From Sphaerodactylus townsendi (taxonomy: Eukaryota), in assembly GCF_021028975.2 (NCBI RefSeq), contig NC_059430.1, positions 64,542,001 through 64,606,000 on the forward strand: a stretch of DNA of 64,000 bases, in the 5' to 3' direction. Below are positions 59,201 through 64,000 of this stretch, piece after piece; position 1 is the first letter of the stretch; each line of letters starts with the position of its first letter. The position numbers and the translations under genes are program-made. Under the pieces are notes generated by a model that did not search any database, was not told the DNA's origin, and saw nothing but the letters and a program-made list of their open reading frames with translations.

Positions 59201-59610
59201 CAGAGGGAGCTCCTTATTTGGGCAGTGATATCAGGGGGTCCGCCTTTGCACGAGGCTCACCATTGTAGTTCCCCCTTATCTTCTCTTGGCTGCCATGGCT
59301 CTGTAGAGCCATGGGGACACGCCCCCGTGGCCATGGTGACACCTCCAGGGTTTCAGGCCAGGAGGTGTATCCCCTGGCCTCGGCAGTGCATTGACAGCCG
59401 AGAGGAGGTAAGAGTGGAACTACAGCGGCACAGGGAAAACACTGCTTTCCACCTGGTGCTGCTTTCCACCTGGTGCACCGAGTGGACACAAGCTTTTTTC
59501 AAATGACTCGCTAAGTTAGCGAGTCAGAAAAATGCAATTGTGGGGGGACTCCTCCCCCACAACACGAAGTACTCCCCCACAACGGCATTTTTACTGGCTC
59601 CACACCACTG
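56235..59610. mobile_element. Tc1/mariner (Tigger-like) non-autonomous element split by an L2 insertion
   Basis: TA|CAGTGGTACCTC at 56233-56246 and ACCACTG|TA at 59604-59612. The body resumes at ~58940 (..ccccataggaatcaatgtaaatccaattaatc..). Confidence 0.55.
56250..58935 (-). mobile_element. L2 LINE, young CpG-rich copy, 5'-truncated within the APE endonuclease
   Basis: LIVLGDFNVH..PTHQGGHTLDLVF..SDHY (APE), QYADDTQL (RT), HATVTSRLDYCNSLYAGLP..LVQNAAARL; (taaa)n tail at 56250. Confidence 0.93.
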
Positions 59611-60437
59611 TATATGGCTGATGCAGAATCTGCCTAAGTTAGAACATTATTAGAAGCAAAAGGGTCTACTTTTGTGGGAGTTTATTGCTCCAGCGGATTG
59701 TCCTTGAACTTGGAGAGCGGGCTAATTAAGTTATAACAAACCACAATGTGGACACTGCTGCCACTTGAAAGTTATTCAAAAATATTGTGGAGGTCTGATC
59801 CTGATTGGACCCACTGTGCGGCAAAATGCTCCCTCCATGCCACACACACACCATAGCTGCTCCAGCACTTAGTAAGGTGTGGCGGGTGGGGGGGGGGAGA
59901 AACAAGAGCCCTCATGGCACTTTTAACTGATTTTCCACTTGTCACATCTAGTTTGCCCCTTGGACAAAGGAAATTCAGTCTCAATAGTCCATGCAGTCCC
60001 TGTCTGTCTATACAATGCCAGGCTCAGAGCCAGCAGGGGCTGTCCTGTGTTCAAATGTCCTTCCAAACAGAATGAAAAATCTTCCCGTTACATAGAATTA
60101 AAACCAGTTGTTAATCTATTTTATAATTTTATTCAAAAAATCAGCCTGTTTATATATGACTTTACATCTAAGAATTAAAGTCTATTCAACATAATGTTTG
60201 ATGGCAGCCCATGTGTTTTCCTCCATCCTCTTGTAGTTTCTGGGATTTCTCCTGGCCTTCTGTTTAGGTGTACAGCAGAAGGAAAAACTGCCATGTACTT
60301 GAGACTTTACAAAGAGAGCAGGACCAACAATTATGAAATGTCTTATCACCTTGTGTTTCAATATGATTTACAGCTTGGTCAGGAATCCTATATGAATCTA
60401 TATGAAAAAAATTGGTAACCCCGACTTTCTATTTAAA

Positions 60438-60632
60438 AAAGGTAGTCACTGGTGCAAGCACCGGATCACTATTGACCCATGTGGGAGGGGAGGCATCATA
60501 TCACAACATTTACTAGCCAGACTGTGTTTACGAGATGGTCTGCCATTGCCTTCCCCAGTCATCCACACTTTACCCCTGTAAGCTGGGTATTCATTTTACT
60601 GGCCTTGGAAGGATGGAAGGCTGAGTCAGCCA
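60438..60632 (-). mobile_element. Sauria SINE fragment
   Basis: gccattgccttccc...gggtattcattttactggccttggaaggatggaaggctgagtc, typical Sauria SINE body. Confidence 0.7.
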
Positions 60633-61741
60633 ACCGTCTTAGATAAGTCTTTTTCTGCTGTCTGTGTCAAACACAGTTCCTGGACTGGCAGGTGTCATGC
60701 TGATGGTCCCAGGTGAAAACAAGGAGACACAATGAGGGAGAAACACTGTGGTTATGTTTCTGGACATCTGGAAGACCTGGATTCAAATCCTTACTCTGCC
60801 ACAGAGCTTACTGAATCACCTCCGACTAGCCATTGTCTCCCATGGACCCTACCTCACAGGGTTCTTGTGAATACAAAATAGAAAAGGGAGAACTAATAAC
60901 CACATCTTGAGGTCTTAGAAATTCTATATAGTTCTATACATACTTACACAAAAAAACTAATTTGTCCAAGGTCAAGCAGCAATTTACACATGAGCAGAAA
61001 TTGCATGCGTCTTAATTTTTTTAACAAAAATCCTTTCTGTGCAATTTTGTCTTTGCAGGTATATATACATCAGCCTATTTGTATATGACTTTACATTACA
61101 TGTGAATGAACAAGGCCTGTGCCAAATGTAAGTTTTTTAATACCATGATGACACTTTTGAGCCTTCTACAGTTAACTGTCATTTAATAGCTGCCCACAGT
61201 TGCCTTTCCTGACTGCTCGAAGGATTAATTCAAGTCACTTTTTAACAAGCTTCCTCAGTCACCTGCTTCCCTCCCCCAGTCACATGACTCTTTTTGATGT
61301 CATAGAGTGTGATCCCTATGGCTTCACATAAAGAATTTTAATTCTTCCTCAGAGAACCAACATTCTGCACATAGAGCAGCTTCTCAGCAGAATTCTGGGC
61401 TCAGCAGACTAGAAATCATGTCTGCAAAATACCTGGGTTGCAGAGATGTAGAATGAGTCAGAATGCAAACCATGAATTATATTTTGGCTGTATCTAATTA
61501 TAATAGTGACTGCAGTATTCCCACTTTCAGCAAATGTGCATTTTTGACAGAAGATGGTGGAAGGATAAAATTTCAGCAAGAGTAAATTCATACAGCATTT
61601 CACTAAGTATTGTTGTATTTTAAATTGTCACACTATCATCTAGATCACTTTTCACATACTTTCTTCAAGATTCTGAAAGAGGTTCTCTCATGCTAATCTG
61701 TATTACCATCTTCACACATTGTCACAAAAAGGCTGTGTTAT

Positions 61742-61941
61742 GTATTGTTGAAGGCTTTCACGGTCGGAATCACTTGGGTGCTGTGTGGTTTCCGGGCTGT
61801 ATGGCCGTGTTCTAGCAGCATTCTCTCCTGACGTTTCGCCTGCATCTGTGGCTGGCATCCTCTGTACATGTTTCACAGATGCAGGTGGAAACGTCAGGGA
61901 GAGAATGCTGCTAGAACACGCCATACAGCCCGGAAACCACA
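61742..61941. mobile_element. Penelope-like element end in inverted (hairpin) arrangement
   Basis: gaaggctttcacgg.cggaatc and tgacgtttcgcctgcatctgtggctggcatc are PLE-type motifs; arms at 61784-61850 and 61874-61941. Confidence 0.75.
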
Positions 61942-62299
61942 ATGTTAGCACATTACCCCAAATTATAACATGAAGACAGCAGAAGCTCAGATATAAATAA
62001 GAGAGAAAAGTCAATAAATAGCCTTAAGGCCCTTTAACTATTTCCGTTGGAAGTATCTCGCAGCTCCCAGGTTCTACCCTCGGAAGTAATGGTTGGCTGA
62101 TCTGTGCTCCCCTAAGTCCCTACTAGAGGGAAGGGAAGGCGGTCTTGAAAACCATTTTCACTTAAATCGGTTATACTGAGGTCCTAAGAACGGCTAATTG
62201 GCGCAAAACCAAATTGCCCTGCCCCTCCTTTCCTGTTCCATATAGAGATTCTATATAAGCAGACCGGCGACAACACCCTTTGAAGTGATCGGCACAGAG

Positions 62300-63480
62300 A
62301 TGTTTTCCGACGGGCAGGAAATGTACCTGTCCCTGGCATCAGCTCCAATTCACATGAGAGGAAGTGAGCGAGTGCCCCTCCACTCCAGCCTCATATTTCT
62401 GGAATCCCAACCCCCCGCCTTTTAAAGGGTATTCGCGCTATAATGAACGGGGGGGCCAACGCCGGCCAGGACTGGAAGGGAGCTGTGCGTGCGATCTGCT
62501 CCAGTGTACATACATACGTAGGATAGTCTGCACCCACACACGGGAGAAAGAGGAGGCGACAAGAGGGAGGCGGGAGCAGCATGGAGCAGCAGCAGCTGAG
62601 AGGTCGTCCTCCCAACATCTCATTCATTCCGAATTCCAAGCACCACGTCCACAGGCAGGTCAAAAAATATACACGCATGCACACCTATATTGCTTATATG
62701 CTTGCTATACTTAAAAGATCATGCTTTAAAACAAAGCGGTCTCTGTCCGCTGCAAATCCTGGACAAGAGGGGCTTTCTGCCTGCAACTGGATCCGCCTCC
62801 GAGAGCCACCCGAGATCTTGTAACAAAGGACACAGGCAACTGGGAAGCTGCAGGCGGGGCAGCGAAAGGCACCTTGGCTTCTGGATCACGGGCCGGTGGG
62901 AGTGGAGGCGAGATCCAGAGGACGCTGCCCTTTGATTAACAGGTAGCAGGCGGGGAGGGGTGGGGCTCGCCCCGCTATACCACCCCATCCGAAGAGAGCG
63001 TTGCAGATTCGTGAGGGGCCTGGGGAGGAAGGCTCAGGGGAGTTTGGTCTGCCTGTATATTGAAAAACGGTTGCAAGCACGCTCACCTTCAGCATCTTTG
63101 CAGGTGCCGGGGCGAAATGGACGTCTGCTTTCACAAACCGCTTCCTAGACACTCAGCGTGGCCCCAGATTGGGCACCTTAGTGGCGTGGCGCTACCGAAG
63201 CCGCGTGGTTTGCAAACGGGGCAATTTTCTTTTCCGTCCGCAGCAGCCCGCCTGGTTTCAGTTCCCCTTTCCCTCCCTTGGACGCAGGGGCCGGCGGCGA
63301 TGTAGTGTGCTTTGGTTAGTGTGGGAGGGATGAATGGGTCGCAGTGTAAATAGGGAGCATCGTTTTTCGGCTCTCATTCTTCTCTCGTTCTCCATGTTGT
63401 ATGAAGAAGGGGAAGAAAAAAGGCGCGTAGGAGAGGCGAACGTGTTCCTTGATGAGTCAAGTTTCCGATAATTTCCGTCC
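62300..63480. promoter_or_regulatory. CpG island, probable promoter/first exon of the next gene (SLC38A1 by synteny)
   Basis: CpG-rich with GC boxes and no TE hallmarks. The order SLC38A4-SLC38A2-SLC38A1 is recalled from amniote genomes. No coding exon is visible in the window. Confidence 0.5.
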
Positions 63481-64000
63481 TCTTGCGATATGGTTTCTTT
63501 CCCAAGAATTAAAAAAAAACCCAATGAAATAATTGCTAAAGAGATTTAATGCTGTAAGAGTAGTCCGGAATATAATTAATAATGCTGCCCCAATATAGGT
63601 GGGTTATTGTTTGAAGTCTATAACATACAGAGCGAGGGCGGGAAGGGAGCGAGGGCAGGAATTCTTCTAGTCTCCTTTTTCCAAAAAAAGGTCCCTCCGA
63701 AAAAAAAAAAAACCTTCCTCAACCCACCTTTGGCTACTCAGCTTTGGGCTCTTTCTGAATTCTAACAAAACCCAAGTAAACCCTGTGGAAGAACAAGGTT
63801 GACGTCAATTGAAGAAAATGGAGACGGAAGATATGAGAAGCTCTTTTAATGAACCCAGAACATTTTAGAAGGGGAACGTTCTGTCATCGTTCCCTTTGAG
63901 GAAAACGAGAGGAATTTTTTTATGTCTAGCACAAGGTGATGTACTTTAACACGGGCATAAGTGTATTTATTATGACATCTGATTACATATTTTTCCAAAA

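Overview
Vertebrate genomic DNA; the repeat content (Sauria/5S-Sauria/CORE SINEs, CR1, L2, RTE, hAT/Harbinger MITEs) points to a squamate reptile, probably a gecko. The one host protein-coding gene is a complete SLC38A2 (SNAT2) on the + strand: a non-coding exon 1 ending at 24660, 15 coding exons spanning 25700-36502 (1518 nt, 505 aa, all GT-AG) and a ~4.4 kb 3'UTR. About 2.7 kb upstream, on the - strand, lies a 5.8 kb endogenous retrovirus (15882-21673). It has two LTRs, a 6-bp TSD GTATAG, a tRNA-Phe PBS and a PPT. It combines a betaretrovirus-like Gag, a shrunken and deeply eroded dUTPase/pro/pol relic, and an Env whose TM resembles avian sarcoma/leukosis virus (alpharetrovirus) gp37 with an unusually short SU. 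This is the most novel-looking object in the window. Also present: a related solo LTR at 141-604, a second solo LTR, a promoter-like CpG island at ~11.6-12.5 kb, a nested TE cluster at 47-60 kb including a Helitron fragment, several long palindromes, and a CpG island at ~62.3-63.5 kb that is probably the SLC38A1 promoter. All homology calls are by eye from recalled motifs; no searches were run.
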